Position numbers and translations under genes: made by a program
NCBI RefSeq assembly: GCF_006345805.1
Contig: NC_043001.1
Span: forward strand, 80,538,001 to 80,602,000
DNA: 64,000 bases
Source of the DNA: Octopus sinensis
Lineage: Eukaryota
Reading direction: 5' to 3'
The notes under the pieces: generated by a model
What the model saw: only the letters and a program-made list of their open reading frames with translations
Told to the model about the DNA's origin: nothing
The model's database searches: none
Part shown: piece after piece, positions 62,841 through 64,000 of the stretch
Layout: every line of letters begins with the position of its first letter
How positions within the stretch are numbered: position 1 is the first letter of the stretch

Positions 62841-63234
62841 ATTTCTACTCTAGGCACACGGCCCGAAATTTTCGAGGAGGGGGCAGTCGATTAGATCGAC
62901 CCTAGTACTCAACTTGTACTTAATTTATCGACCCCGAAAGGATGAAAAGCAAAGCCGACCTCGGCGGAATTTGAACTCATAACGTAAAGGTAAACGAAAT
63001 ACCTATTTCTTTATTACCCACAAGGGGCTAAACACAGAGGGGACAAACAAGGACAGACATAGGTATTAAGTCGATTACATCGACCCCAGTGCGTAACTGG
63101 TACTTAATTTATCGACCCCGAAAGGATGAAAGCAAAGTCGACCTCGGCGGAATTTGAACTCACAACGTAACGCAGACGAAATACCGCTAAGCATTTTGCC
63201 CGGCGTGCTAACGATTCTGCCAGCTCGCCGCCTT
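62841..63234 (-). mobile_element. Dimeric SINE family D with 12-bp TSD gaattaaaaaat
   Basis: Two cores joined at gaaatac|ctatttc; TSD at 62824-62835 and 63236-63247. Confidence 0.85.
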
Positions 63235-63255
63235 GGAATTAAAAAATATTATTAT

Positions 63256-63460
63256 TAAGGCGGTAAGCTGGCAGAATCGTTAGCACGTTGAACGAAATGT
63301 TTGGCGGTATTTCACCCATCTTTACATTCTGGGTGAGGTCGACTTTGCCTTTCATCCTTTCGGATTCAGCAAATTAAGTACCAATTGTGTTCTAAGGTCG
63401 ATCTAATCGATGGCCCTCTTCCCCAAAAATTTCGGGCCTTATGCCTACATTATAAAATAT
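63256..63460 (+). mobile_element. SINE family D
   Basis: aaggcggtaagctggcagaatcgttagcacg...gaggtcgactttgcctttcatcctttcgg. Confidence 0.85.
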
Positions 63461-63464
63461 TATA

Positions 63465-63469
63465 AAATA

Positions 63470-63555
<86 letters not shown>

Positions 63556-63593
63556 TATTATTGCTATTGTTATTATTATTATTATTATCATCA

Positions 63594-63652
<59 letters not shown>

Positions 63653-63701
63653 TATTATTGCTATTGTTATTATTATTATTATATATTATTATTATTATTA
63701 T

Positions 63702-63748
<47 letters not shown>

Positions 63749-63779
63749 GCTATTGTTATTATTATTATTATTATCATCA

Positions 63780-63856
<77 letters not shown>

Positions 63857-63900
63857 GCTATTGTTATTATATTATTATTATTATTATTATTATTATATTA

Positions 63901-63943
<43 letters not shown>

Positions 63944-64000
63944 GCTATTGTTATTATTATTATTATTATCATATCATTATTATTATTATTTATTATATTA
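63465..64000. repeat. (ATT)n microsatellite with higher-order ~90-110-bp repeat
   Basis: Marker ttgctattgtt at 63561, 63658, 63747, 63855 and 63942. Confidence 0.9.

Overview
AT-rich animal genomic DNA made almost entirely of repeats. The SINE families and microsatellite load suggest an octopus or other cephalopod (inference, not verified). No host gene can be confidently identified; there are only a few low-confidence candidate exons, and nearly all ORFs in the supplied track are translations of microsatellites. Identifiable elements: a near-full-length decayed mariner, several Tc1/mariner remnants and a mini-MITE, an internally deleted Helitron keeping an STPR-like repeat plus the N-terminal zinc region, and a non-autonomous Helitron with the same 5' end. 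There are also at least five R4/Dong-like RLE LINE fragments in (AAT)n tracts, RTE, Penelope and probable Gypsy RT remnants, and dozens of tRNA-derived SINEs, some tandem or dimeric. The most notable signal is about 11 hammerhead-ribozyme-like motifs of the minimal, palindromic-stem-III type known from Penelope-like elements. One has an intact core and a 6-bp stem I (27802-27862) and another is near-intact (41197-41262, minus strand). They are accompanied by several long foldback hairpins built from one related repeat family. Repeat coordinates were read by eye and can be off by a few bases.
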